Shown here: positions 1-9,585 of the stretch, piece by piece
How positions within the stretch are numbered: position 1 is the first letter of the stretch
Layout of the letters: the number at the start of each line of letters is the position of its first letter
Assembly (NCBI GenBank): GCA_038207335.1
Contig: JBBQZX010000007.1
Span: 32,001-96,000 of the forward strand
Source: Chthoniobacterales bacterium
GTDB taxonomy: Bacteria > Verrucomicrobiota > Verrucomicrobiia > Chthoniobacterales > Chthoniobacteraceae
Direction of reading: 5' to 3'
DNA length: 64,000 nucleotides
Made by a program: the position numbers and the translations under genes
The notes under the pieces: generated by a model
Seen by the model: only the letters and a program-made list of their open reading frames with translations
What the model was told of the DNA's origin: nothing
The model's database searches: none

Positions 1-2
1 GC

Positions 3-374
3 ATCCTTTACTGCCACTGCCAATACGCGCAGGTGGTGCCGCGCGAAGTGAAGGAAGCGGTGCTGCGGCGGTTGTGCGAAGAGGGCGTGGAATTCGAGGC
101 AGTCGCGGATTTATGTGAGATGTCAGCGCGGCGCGACCCCGCGCTGACACGGCTCGCCGAAGGAGGTGGGGTGAAGATCGCGGCATGTTTTCCGCGCGCG
201 GTGAAGTGGCTTTTTCACCAAGCTGGCGCGCCGCTGCCGATGGATGCGGCGGAGGTATTGAACATGCGGGTGCAAGCCGCGGAGGAGGTGTGCGCCGCGC
301 TGCTCGCTGAGGAATTGACGCCCAATTTGCCGAGCAAAACCGAGCCTCACGCGCCCGCTCTCGCTTCAAATTAG
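3..374 (+). CDS. 5'-truncated Cys-rich hypothetical protein resembling the HdrA N-terminal domain
   Basis: Frame is open from base 3 (ILYCHCQYAQVVPREVK...). Motifs CHC, DLC, KIAACFPR and EVLNMR; ends 6 nt before the ferredoxin gene. Confidence 0.75.
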   Translation: MLYCHCQYAQVVPREVKEAVLRRLCEEGVEFEAVADLCEMSARRDPALTRLAEGGGVKIAACFPRAVKWLFHQAGAPLPMDAAEVLNMRVQAAEEVCAALLAEELTPNLPSKTEPHAPALASN

Positions 375-380
375 ATATCC

Positions 381-1217
381 GTGGCTCTCACCGATTCCAC
401 TTTGCGCGTCGTTCTTTTTGAAGGAGACGGCGCGGAACCGCTCGCGGCAGACGATCGTTTCGCGGCGATGAATGCGTTGCTGGAGAAAGGCTTCGCCGTC
501 TCGCGCACGAGCCGCGGCGAAGTGGAGAAGCGTGAGCGCGGTTCGCTGCTCGTGCTCGGCCGCTTCGCCTCGGAACCAGCCTCCCCACAGGCGCAGGAGG
601 CGGGCGTGCTTTTCAAAAACATCGCCGGGCTGAATCCCGTCGCCATCGCGGAGACCGTCGAGACGGCGCGCGCTGAAACGCAAAGCGCCACGCACGGCGC
701 GTGGAAGCCGTGGTTCCCGGTCATCGATTACGACCGCTGCACGAACTGCATGCAGTGCCTCAGCTTCTGCCTTTTCGGCGTTTATGGCGTCGATGAAGAG
801 CGGCGCATCCAAGTGCAGAACAACGACAACTGTAAAACGAACTGCCCCGCCTGCTCACGCGTCTGCCCGGAAGCCGCGATCATGTTTCCGAAATACAAAG
901 CCGGTCCGATCAACGGCGACACGGTGAGCGACGCCGACCTGCAAAAGGAGAAGATGAAGGTCGATATTTCCGCGCTCCTTGGCGGCGACGTGTATGAGAT
1001 GCTCCGCCTGCGCAGCGAAAAGGCAAAGTCGCGTTTCGGCAAAGAACGCGACGCCGACAAGGCGCTGAGCGAGCGGCAAAAGTGCCTCGTGAAACTCGCC
1101 GCCGCCGGCGACATTCCGCCGGAAGTGCTCATGTCGCTCCCCTCGCCCGAGGAAATCGCCCGCCGCGCAGAAGAGGCCGCGGCAAAGGCGCAAGCGGCGC
1201 TGGCTCCGGCAACTTGA
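381..1217 (+). CDS. 4Fe-4S dicluster ferredoxin-family protein with N- and C-terminal extensions
   Basis: Two cluster motifs, CTNCMQCLSFC and CKTNCPACSRVCP, preceded by WFPVIDYDR. Confidence 0.85.
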   Translation: MALTDSTLRVVLFEGDGAEPLAADDRFAAMNALLEKGFAVSRTSRGEVEKRERGSLLVLGRFASEPASPQAQEAGVLFKNIAGLNPVAIAETVETARAETQSATHGAWKPWFPVIDYDRCTNCMQCLSFCLFGVYGVDEERRIQVQNNDNCKTNCPACSRVCPEAAIMFPKYKAGPINGDTVSDADLQKEKMKVDISALLGGDVYEMLRLRSEKAKSRFGKERDADKALSERQKCLVKLAAAGDIPPEVLMSLPSPEEIARRAEEAAAKAQAALAPAT

Positions 1218-1333
1218 TGTCGCGATTTGCGACATCAAAAATCTCTCCGCTCTTGAAACATCGCAGCCTCGTCCCGCTCGAACGCATCCATCAGGCGGGG
1301 GCGGTGAAAGTGCGACCGGGACGGCGACGAGGC

Positions 1334-4300
1334 ATGATCCGCTGCGTCGCCATCATCGTGACGGGCGCGGCGGCACTCGGAGTTTTTGGAGCGAGAGGCG
1401 GCGTGGCGGCGACGGCGTTGCCGTCCGCGGAGACGGAGTTTTTTGAGGGAAAGATCCGGCCGGTGCTGGCGGCGGAATGCTACGAATGCCACGGCGCGAA
1501 GAAGCAGAAAGGCGGGCTGCGGCTCGACTCGCGGGACGGATGGAAGGCGGGTGGCGATACGGGCGAGACGATCGTGCCGGGGCAGGCGGCGAAGAGCCTG
1601 CTCATCAAGTCGATCCGGCACGAAGACCCCGATCTCAAGATGCCGAGCAAGTCGCCGAAGCTCGACGACGCAGTCATCGCGGACTTTGAAAATTGGGTAA
1701 ACATGGGCGCTCCCGATCCGCGCGATGCGCCACCGCGCGACGACCGCGGGAAGCCCGCGTGGAGCGAATTGCTCGCCGCGCGGCGCGGATGGTGGGCGTT
1801 TCGCCCCGTGCAAATGCCGGCGCTGCCCGCGGTCAAAAATCGCGATTGGAGCACGAATCCGGTGGATCTTTTTCTCCTCGCGAAAATGGAGGCGAATGCG
1901 CTGAAACCCTCTGCGCAGGCTGATCCGCAGACGATCATCCGGCGGCTCACTTTCACGCTCACGGGCCTTCCGCCGACGCCGGATGAAGTGAAAGTTTTCG
2001 TTGCGGATTCAAAAAACAACCCGCAATCAGCAATCGGCCATGCAGCAACGCGGCTTCTCGCGAGCCCGCGATTCGGAGAGCATTGGGCGCGGCATTGGAT
2101 GGACCTCATGCGATACGCGGAGACGCACGGGAGCGAGAGCGACCCGGAGATTCCCGATGCGTGGCGCTATCGCGATTACCTCGTCCGCGCGTTCAACGCC
2201 GACGTGCCGTACGACCAATTCATCCGCGAGCAAATCGCCGGGGATCTTCTGCCGAAGCCGCGCCGCGCGGAGGATGGGGTGAACGAATCGCTCCTCGGCA
2301 CAGCGCAATTTCGGCTCGTCGAGCACGGTTACCAGCCGATCGACACGCTCGACGATCAGGTGAAGGCGGTGGACAACCAGATCGACGTGGTGAGCAAGGC
2401 GTTTCAAGGGCTCACGATCTCGTGCGCGCGCTGTCACGACCACAAATTCGACGCGATCAGCCAGCGCGACTACTACGCACTCTTTGGCATCTTCGCGAGT
2501 TGCCGCCCGGCGATGGTGACGGTCGATTCAGCCGCGAAACTCGCCTCGCACGATGGCGAACTCGCGGCACTCAAAGGACCGATCCGCGAGACGCTCGCCG
2601 ATGCATGGACGGAAGCGGCTTCCCATTTTTCCGACCGCCTGCTGCACCCACGCGACGGCGATCCGCTGGCGAAGCTCATCGCCGACGCGGCGAAGAATCC
2701 GGCTAATCCAATGAACGCTTGGTCGCAATTGGCGTCGGCGGGCGATTCGTTTTCGAGCCAGTGGAAAGGCTTTGTGGACAAGTCGCGCGTCAAGTTCGAG
2801 GAGGGACGCGCGTTTAATAGCGACTACTTTCAGCCCGGATGGGATTTCGCTTCAGGCGACGTCAAAGCTTGGTATTCCCATGGTCTCGGGCTCGCGGAGC
2901 CGTTTGCGCGGGCCGGGGAATTTGGCGTGAATCCCGACGGCAACCGCGTGATTGACGGACTGCTGCCAGCCGGGATTTCGACGAATCGCCTCTCTCGAAA
3001 ACACAATGGTTCATTCACTTCTCCGCGCTTCAAAATCGACAGCGACTCGATCTTCATACGCGCGGGCGGTGGCGGTGGTGCGTGGGTCCGCGTCGCCTTC
3101 GACAACTATCCGCTCAACTCGAATCCAACTTTTCCGAAGTCTGAATTCAAGAGCACTGAATCCGGCTGGGTGCGTTTCGACACCGCGTATCGAAAAGGCT
3201 CGTGGGCGTATCTCGAATTCATCACGGCAGACGACAACACGCGCCACGAGAGTTCCGCGCCGAAGGACAGCCGCTCGTGGTTCAGCGCGGAGCGCGTCGT
3301 CTTCAGCGATGGGAAAGAGCCACCGCGCGAGTCGCCCGGTGCCGCAGAACTCGTGCTCGCCGGTGACGCACCGCGCACCGCGGATGACCTGGCAGCGCGC
3401 TACGAAAAGCTCCTCCGCGGCGCCATCGCCGCGTGGCGCATGGACGCCGAAAGTGAGCCGCAGTGCGCGCTGCTCGATTTGCTCGTGCGGCGCGACGTGC
3501 TCCCGGCGAACCTCCCGGCTCTGCCGAAAATAGCGGGCCTCGTCGCCGAGTATCGCCGCCTCGAAAGCGAAGTCCCCGTGCCGAGCCGTGCACCAGGAGT
3601 CTTCGAGACCGTCGGGCTCGACGCGCCCTTTCTGCCGCGCGGCGATCACCTGAAACCTGGCGATCCCGTCCCGCGCCGCTACCTCGAAGTCTTCGGCGGC
3701 CAGCCCTTTCACACCGCCCTCAGCGGACGCCTCGAACTCGCCGAGGCCCTTGCGAGCCGGGCCAATCCGCTCACCGCGCGCGTCATGGTCAACCGCATCT
3801 GGCACTGGGTTTTCGGACGCGGCCTCGTCCCGACCGTCGATAATTTCGGCCGCATGGGCGACAAGCCGGCGAACCCCGAGTTGCTCGATTTTCTCGCCGT
3901 GCATTTCGTCGAGCACGGCTGGTCGGTGAAGGAATTGATCACCTTCCTCGTCACCTCTCGTGCCTTTCAAATGAACAGCGAAGCGTCTTCCTCCGCGGTA
4001 GAAATCGACCCCGCCAACGACTTACTTTCACACGCCCGCATTTGCCGACTCGAGGCCGAGTCCATCCGCGATTCACTCCTCGCCGTGTCGGGAAAACTCG
4101 ACTTCAAAATGGGCGGCGCGAGCGAGCACTTCGACGCCGCTCGGCGCAGCATCTACCTCGAAGTCCTTCGCACTAAGCTCAACCCTTTCCTGCAAGTCTT
4201 TGACTCCCCCGTTCCCTTCACCACCGTCGGTCGCCGCGACTCGACCAACGTCCCCGCGCAATCCCTCACCCTTCTCAACGCCCCTTTCGTCATCGATCAA

Positions 4301-4552
4301 TCGCGAGCGTGGGCGCAGTCGCTCCTTCGCACCGGCGCGGACGAAAATCGCGACTCTCGTGTTACACGCATGTTTTCCGCCGCCTTCGCCCGCGAGCCTT
4401 CCGCCAGGGAGCTGATCGCGTCCGCCGCCTACCTCACGCAACTGGCGAATGAGCAACACATTTCCCCCGACGCCGAGCTGCAAAACGAGCTCGTCTGGCA
4501 GGATTTCGCCCAATCGCTCTTCAACCTGAAGGAGTTCATCTACCTTCGGTAA
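1334..4552 (+). CDS. Planctomycete cytochrome c (PSCyt1) / DUF1549 / DUF1553 domain protein
   Basis: Signal-like N-terminus, FFEGKIRPVL-CYECH heme motif, GEHWARHWMDLMRYAET, CARCHDHKFDAISQRDYY, NPLTARVMVNRIW, QSLTLLN. Start is 1334 or the overlapping ATG at 1217. Confidence 0.9.
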   Translation: MIRCVAIIVTGAAALGVFGARGGVAATALPSAETEFFEGKIRPVLAAECYECHGAKKQKGGLRLDSRDGWKAGGDTGETIVPGQAAKSLLIKSIRHEDPDLKMPSKSPKLDDAVIADFENWVNMGAPDPRDAPPRDDRGKPAWSELLAARRGWWAFRPVQMPALPAVKNRDWSTNPVDLFLLAKMEANALKPSAQADPQTIIRRLTFTLTGLPPTPDEVKVFVADSKNNPQSAIGHAATRLLASPRFGEHWARHWMDLMRYAETHGSESDPEIPDAWRYRDYLVRAFNADVPYDQFIREQIAGDLLPKPRRAEDGVNESLLGTAQFRLVEHGYQPIDTLDDQVKAVDNQIDVVSKAFQGLTISCARCHDHKFDAISQRDYYALFGIFASCRPAMVTVDSAAKLASHDGELAALKGPIRETLADAWTEAASHFSDRLLHPRDGDPLAKLIADAAKNPANPMNAWSQLASAGDSFSSQWKGFVDKSRVKFEEGRAFNSDYFQPGWDFASGDVKAWYSHGLGLAEPFARAGEFGVNPDGNRVIDGLLPAGISTNRLSRKHNGSFTSPRFKIDSDSIFIRAGGGGGAWVRVAFDNYPLNSNPTFPKSEFKSTESGWVRFDTAYRKGSWAYLEFITADDNTRHESSAPKDSRSWFSAERVVFSDGKEPPRESPGAAELVLAGDAPRTADDLAARYEKLLRGAIAAWRMDAESEPQCALLDLLVRRDVLPANLPALPKIAGLVAEYRRLESEVPVPSRAPGVFETVGLDAPFLPRGDHLKPGDPVPRRYLEVFGGQPFHTALSGRLELAEALASRANPLTARVMVNRIWHWVFGRGLVPTVDNFGRMGDKPANPELLDFLAVHFVEHGWSVKELITFLVTSRAFQMNSEASSSAVEIDPANDLLSHARICRLEAESIRDSLLAVSGKLDFKMGGASEHFDAARRSIYLEVLRTKLNPFLQVFDSPVPFTTVGRRDSTNVPAQSLTLLNAPFVIDQSRAWAQSLLRTGADENRDSRVTRMFSAAFAREPSARELIASAAYLTQLANEQHISPDAELQNELVWQDFAQSLFNLKEFIYLR

Positions 4553-4780
4553 ATCGGTGGCATTAAACCGGATCGCCAATCCGGCATTTCGTCGAGCGGG
4601 CTCGGCAGGGAATAGAACGGACAAGGCCCGACTCTCAATCAACTGTGAATCCGCTTTTGATTGAAAGATCTCGCCTCCAATGCTCTCTCGCTGGATGCGC
4701 TGGTCTGGCGTGGAAATGGCTCCACGTTTGACAAACAAGCGTTTCGTGGGACTTGAGAAACGCCGCGTTTTCCACCCCAA

Positions 4781-5344
4781 ATGCTGACGAACACCACCTT
4801 TCCTATTAAACCCACCACAGCCAGCGGGTTCCTGCCGCTGTTGTCGCGCTGGTGGATATACCTCGCGATGGGCGCAGCAATCCTCGCGCTGGATTGGGTC
4901 TCGGGACCTTATTTGATGTTCCCGGTTTTCTTTGTGATTCCGATCGCCCTTTCGGCATGGTTTTACACCGCGCCCTGCACGATCGCACTCACGTTGCTGC
5001 TGCCGCTCGGGCGCGTGGTAATTGCGGCTTATATCCAGCAGCACACGCCGCCGATGTATGCCGTGATCAATGGCCTCATCCGCGTCGCGGTGCTCGGCTT
5101 CATCGCGTATCTCGTGCGTCGGACGGCGCGGCAGACGCGCGAGTTGGAAAAGGAAGTAACGCTGCTCGAGGGGATCCTTCACATCTGCATGTTTTGCAAA
5201 CGCATCCGCGACGAGGACAGGGGTTGGGAGCCGCTGGAGGGTTACATTTCGCGAAAGTCGGAGGCGGACTTTAGCCACGGGTTATGCCCGGAGTGCGCGC
5301 AGAAGCACTATGGAGACGTTCTTGACAGAAGCAGGTCTCGCTGA
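4781..5344 (+). CDS. Membrane protein (about 4 TM helices) with C-terminal CxxC...HxxCxxC putative Zn-binding domain
   Basis: Hydrophobic N-terminal half, short coiled coil (TRELEKEVTLLEG), then ICMFCKRIRD...W..LEGYI...FSHGLCPECA. Confidence 0.85.
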   Translation: MLTNTTFPIKPTTASGFLPLLSRWWIYLAMGAAILALDWVSGPYLMFPVFFVIPIALSAWFYTAPCTIALTLLLPLGRVVIAAYIQQHTPPMYAVINGLIRVAVLGFIAYLVRRTARQTRELEKEVTLLEGILHICMFCKRIRDEDRGWEPLEGYISRKSEADFSHGLCPECAQKHYGDVLDRSRSR

Positions 5345-5370
5345 CTCGCAGATGGAGAAAGCTCGCTCGT

Positions 5371-5679
5371 CATGGCGATTTTCACATCGTTGGCCGGCTC
5401 CGGATCATTTTTTAAAAAAGCGACGGGTGTTTTGAGCCAGGCGGATTTTGCGGATCGCATGGCGCGGATTCGCAAGCACCCAGATTTCAAACCTGAGATG
5501 CGAAGCGGGCTTTCGTGGTTTCGTCGGACTTGCAATTCGGGTTGAGCAGGATGTTCGAGGTTCATCGCGAAATGGCGGGCGAGAGCGGTATCCGCGTCTC
5601 CCGCGAAATGGAGTAAGCGCGCGCGTGGCTCGGGCTGGTTTGCAAGCCGGACGAAATACACTCGGAGACATCGGCATAG
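5371..5679 (+). pseudogene. Decayed small STAS/SpoIIAA-like hypothetical gene
   Basis: Pieced from two frames: DFHIVGRLRIIF / KKATGVLSQADFADRMARIRKHPDFKPEM / KRAFVVSSDLQFGLSRMFEVHREMAGESGIRVSREME*ARAWLGL. Frameshift at the T6A6 run (5408-5419), second break near 5502, in-frame TAA at 5614. Confidence 0.5.
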
Positions 5680-5729
5680 TTACTGGTGGAGATTGCGCGG
5701 CCATGCGCGCGGGGTAACGTCCGGGCTTC

Positions 5730-7304
5730 ATGAGTTCACCCACCGATCCGATCCAGCGCACCCTGCGAGGGATGCGGCAGCGGATGCGAGCGCGGGATTT
5801 CGTTGAGAAAATCGCGCGCATTGCGCTGCTCTGGGGCGCGGCTCTGGTGCTCGTCGGCGTGGTGAATCGCTGGGAGCTGGGACGGATGCCGTGGGATGCG
5901 CCGTTCGCGCTCTGGAGCGCGCTCGCAGCGGTCGCGGTCGCGGTGATTTGGACGTTTGCGCGTCGCCTGTCGCTGCGGGCTGTGGCACGGATCGTGGACA
6001 CGCGTGGGGGGACACGGGATCGGTTTTTGACGGCGCTCACTTTTGAGGAAAAAGGCGGCGCATCGGAGATGCGTGCGCTGGTGATGCAGGAGTGTGCGGC
6101 ATTCTTTGCGGGGCGTGACTTTCGCAGCGCGATCCCGGTGCCGATGCCTCGCGAAGTGGCGTGGTTGCTTGTTCCGGCGACTGCCCTGCTCATGTTGCAG
6201 TGGAATGCGCGCGATGAATCTGCGCTGCGGCTCGCGCGTGAATCAGCGGGCCAGGCCGAGGTCGCGCCCACTGTCGCGAAGCTGGAGCAGCTCGCGCGGG
6301 AGGCGGAAGAAAGGGCGGCGGAAACGGACGACGCGGAGCTGCGAAAACTCGCTGAGAAGATGAAACGAAGCGCAGCGCAGCTTCGCGCCGAGGCGACAAC
6401 CAAAGAGAACGCCGCGAAAGCTGCGCTGGCGGAACTATCCACACTGGAACAGCTCGTGAAGGAGCTACAGAAGCCGCCGTCAGAAGTGTCGTCCGATGAG
6501 CTGAAACAACTCGCGAAGGAACTCGCGAAAATCGACGCCACGCGCGACGCGGCGACGGCGATTGAGGCGGGGAGATTGGCCGACGCGGCGCAGGCTCTGG
6601 ACGAGGCGGCGAAGCAGGAGGAGCCGTCCGCGGAGAATGCGGCGCAGTCGCTGAAGCAAGCGCTGGAGCGGCTCGCGCAGCAGCGGCAGCTTTCCGAGGG
6701 GCTGCAAAAGTTGTCACAAGAAATGGGCAGTGGGCAGCGGGCGAGCGAGGCGCTGCAGAAGCTCGCGCAGATGCTCCGACAGATGCCACAGGCGAAGCAA
6801 GGCAGCAAGCCGCAGCCGGGCAACACACGCTCACCCCAGAGTCTGCTGGAGCTTCTGGCGGCGCTCCAAAATCTGAAATACGGCGGCGATGGCGAAGGCA
6901 AAGGGCAGCCCTCTGATGGGAAGCCGGGCGAGGGAAAAGGCAAGGTGGCGATGCTCTCTTTTGCAAAACCGGGCGAGGGAAATCCGCAGTCCGGCGACGC
7001 ACAGATGCCGACCGGAATGCCCGGCGGCGAGCACGACACCGGCACGACGGAAACGCCATTTGGCAAGCAGGGCAGTGCCGATGAAAAAGGCACTGAGGCC
7101 GCGTTGAAGGGCCAACTTGGCGAGGGCGAATCGCTCTCGATGGCGATGCCCGCCGCGCCCGATGGGTCGAAGGCGAGCCTCCGCTACAAAGAGCTTTACG
7201 ACGCGATGGCACCCGCCGCGCAGGAGGCGGTGATGCAGGAGGAGATTCCGCTCGGGTCGCGGTTTTTCATCAAACGCTACTTTGAATCGATCCGGCCGGA
7301 ATGA
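5730..7304 (+). CDS. Membrane-anchored coiled-coil protein, MoxR-associated
   Basis: Two to three N-terminal TM segments, RDRFLTALTF, long Ala/Glu/Lys/Gln heptad region, Gly-rich linker, C-terminal EEIPLGSRFFIKRYFESIRP; directly upstream of moxR. Confidence 0.85.
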   Translation: MSSPTDPIQRTLRGMRQRMRARDFVEKIARIALLWGAALVLVGVVNRWELGRMPWDAPFALWSALAAVAVAVIWTFARRLSLRAVARIVDTRGGTRDRFLTALTFEEKGGASEMRALVMQECAAFFAGRDFRSAIPVPMPREVAWLLVPATALLMLQWNARDESALRLARESAGQAEVAPTVAKLEQLAREAEERAAETDDAELRKLAEKMKRSAAQLRAEATTKENAAKAALAELSTLEQLVKELQKPPSEVSSDELKQLAKELAKIDATRDAATAIEAGRLADAAQALDEAAKQEEPSAENAAQSLKQALERLAQQRQLSEGLQKLSQEMGSGQRASEALQKLAQMLRQMPQAKQGSKPQPGNTRSPQSLLELLAALQNLKYGGDGEGKGQPSDGKPGEGKGKVAMLSFAKPGEGNPQSGDAQMPTGMPGGEHDTGTTETPFGKQGSADEKGTEAALKGQLGEGESLSMAMPAAPDGSKASLRYKELYDAMAPAAQEAVMQEEIPLGSRFFIKRYFESIRPE

Positions 7305-7362
7305 AACGCATTTAGCATTTCCGAACTCGCGCGCCCGGCGCTGCATCTTCTCAATCATCTCA

Positions 7363-8358
7363 ATGCCAACGCCCGCTTCCCTCGAATCTCAGGTCGAACA
7401 ATTTCGCGCGACTTTCCACCGACTCCACGCGGAACTCGGGAAGATGATGGTCGGACAGGATGACGTGCTCGATGGCGTCCTCGTCGCGTTTTTTTCGGGC
7501 GGACATGTGCTACTCGAAGGCGTGCCAGGGCTCGGGAAAACCATGCTCGTGCGGACGCTCGCGGATGCGGTGAATCTCACGTTTTCGCGAGTGCAATTCA
7601 CGCCGGACCTCATGCCGGCGGACATCGTTGGGACGAACATGATCTCGGAGGATGAACACGGACGGAAGTCGTTCCAGTTTCAGCGCGGCCCGATTTTCGC
7701 CCACATCGTGCTCGCCGATGAGATCAACCGCGCGACGCCAAAAACGCAGAGCGCGTTGCTGGAGGCGATGCAGGAAAATCATGTCACGGTCGGTGGCACG
7801 CAGCATCCGCTCGATGCGCCATTCCTCGTGCTCGCCACACAGAATCCGCTTGAGATGGAGGGGACGTATCCGCTGCCTGAGGCGCAGCTCGACCGCTTTT
7901 TCTTCAAGCTGAAAGTGCGATTCCCGAGTGCCGCCGACCTGCACACAATCCTTGATCGCACGACAACGAATGAGCGTCCGAAGATCGAAAAAGTGCTCCA
8001 CAATCCTGCCGAGGTAACGACGCTGCGCGAGGTGGTGCGGCAGGTTCCGCTTGCGCCGGAAATCCAGTCGCACGCGATCGATCTCGTGATGGGCACGCAT
8101 CCCGATTCGCCGCAGGCGTCACCGCTCGCGAAGAAATATGTGCGGTACGGCGCGAGCCCGCGCGGCGCGCAGGCCCTAATCTTGGCGGGGAAAATTTACG
8201 CCCTGCTCGACGGGCGGTTTCACGTCGCGGAGGCGGATATCGACAAGGCAGCGGCCGCGGCACTGCGGCACCGGATCATCTTGAATTTCGAAGGCGAGGC
8301 GGAAGGCGCGACGACGGACGACGTAATCGCCGAGGTGCTCGCGCAGGCCCGGAAATAA
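7363..8358 (+). CDS. MoxR-family AAA+ ATPase
   Basis: GHVLLEGVPGLGKT (Walker A), RVQFTPDLMPADI, LADEINRATPKTQSALLEAM, ATQNPLEMEGTYPLPEAQLDRF. Confidence 0.95.
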   Translation: MPTPASLESQVEQFRATFHRLHAELGKMMVGQDDVLDGVLVAFFSGGHVLLEGVPGLGKTMLVRTLADAVNLTFSRVQFTPDLMPADIVGTNMISEDEHGRKSFQFQRGPIFAHIVLADEINRATPKTQSALLEAMQENHVTVGGTQHPLDAPFLVLATQNPLEMEGTYPLPEAQLDRFFFKLKVRFPSAADLHTILDRTTTNERPKIEKVLHNPAEVTTLREVVRQVPLAPEIQSHAIDLVMGTHPDSPQASPLAKKYVRYGASPRGAQALILAGKIYALLDGRFHVAEADIDKAAAAALRHRIILNFEGEAEGATTDDVIAEVLAQARK

Positions 8359-8399
8359 GCGTGGTGGCTGTTTCGCGGCGCCTCTCAATTTTCGAACCG

Positions 8400-9506
8400 A
8401 TGAAAGTCCCGGTGGTGCTCGCGTGGCTCAGTCTGTGGTGTGCGCCGTTGCTCCGCGCCGCGGCGGACGACGTTTCCCGCCAACTCGAGGCGATCCGTGC
8501 GGAGCACGAAATCCCAGCGCTAGCCGCAGCGGTGATGGATGAGGGGAAGCTTGTGGCGATCGGCGCGGCGGGCTTCCGCAACGTGCATGTGCCGGTCCCG
8601 GTGACTCTCGACGATGCGTGGCTGGTCTGCTCTTGCACGAAATCGATGACGGCCTCGGTCGCTGCAATGCTGGTCGAGGACGGCAAACTGCGATGGGATT
8701 CCACGATCGCGGAAACGTTCCCGGAACTCGGCGACGACATCGAGCCGGAGTGGCGCGAGGCAACGCTGGAGCAACTACTGCAGCAGCTCGGAGGCGCGCC
8801 GCACGAACCGCCACCAGGCCTGTGGAAGGTCGCACTTGCACGGCACGGGACGCCGGTCGAACAGCGCGCGACTTTTGTAAAGGGCCTGCTCGCGCGGCAG
8901 CCCGCGGCGCTGCCGGGCAAGCGCTGGATCTATTCGGACTGCGGATACGCAATCGCGGGCGCGATGCTCGAGCGCGCGGCGGGCGAGAGTTGGGAAGACC
9001 TCATGCGGCACCGGCTTTTCGAGCCGCTTGGAATGAAGAGTGCGGGCTTCGGCCCTCCCGCGACGCCGGACAAACTCGATGGTCCGTGGGGCCATGAGGG
9101 GTACGATTCGCCCTACCACGCGGTGCCGCCGGGACCGGATGCGGACTATCCCGCGGCGATCGCTCCCGCGGCGGCAGTGCATTGCTCGATCGCGGATTTG
9201 GCGCGCTACGCGCAGTGGCACATCGATGGCGCGCGTGGCGACTGCCGGCTGATCTCCGCGGAGTCATTCAAGATGCTGCACACGCCGCCCGACGGGCAGG
9301 ACTATGCGATGGGCTGGGTCGTGACGAAACGCAAATGGGCTGGTGGCAAGACGCTGATGCACACGGGTGAGAACACGACTTTCTACGCGGTGATGTGGCT
9401 GGGGCCGGGAGAGAATACGGCATTCGTGGCGACTGCGAACGCCGACAGCTACGAGGCCCAGCAAGCGTGCGATGAAGCAGTGCGGAAGCTGATCAACGAA
9501 TACTGA
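8400..9506 (+). CDS. Secreted serine hydrolase (class C beta-lactamase/PBP-like)
   Basis: Signal peptide, SCTK (SxxK), YSD (YxN-like) and HTG motifs. Confidence 0.88.
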   Translation: MKVPVVLAWLSLWCAPLLRAAADDVSRQLEAIRAEHEIPALAAAVMDEGKLVAIGAAGFRNVHVPVPVTLDDAWLVCSCTKSMTASVAAMLVEDGKLRWDSTIAETFPELGDDIEPEWREATLEQLLQQLGGAPHEPPPGLWKVALARHGTPVEQRATFVKGLLARQPAALPGKRWIYSDCGYAIAGAMLERAAGESWEDLMRHRLFEPLGMKSAGFGPPATPDKLDGPWGHEGYDSPYHAVPPGPDADYPAAIAPAAAVHCSIADLARYAQWHIDGARGDCRLISAESFKMLHTPPDGQDYAMGWVVTKRKWAGGKTLMHTGENTTFYAVMWLGPGENTAFVATANADSYEAQQACDEAVRKLINEY

Positions 9507-9585
9507 CGCCGGACTCGCACAAACGAGGCGAGCGTGGGAATGTGCGCTCGCTTCCGCCGCGCGCATATGTCGCGGTGTCTCCCGG

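Noticed and set aside
2018..2036. Heptamer-like aacccgcaatcagcaatcg (NPQSAI) inside the PSCyt gene
   Set aside because: Only about two degenerate units; too short to call an inserted repeat.
5408..5420. TTTTTTAAAAAAG as a programmed frameshift site
   Set aside because: The downstream frame has a further break and a premature stop, so decay is the simpler explanation.
5405..7093. 562-aa minus-strand Ser/Ala/Cys-rich ORF
   Set aside because: Antisense mirror of the coiled-coil gene.
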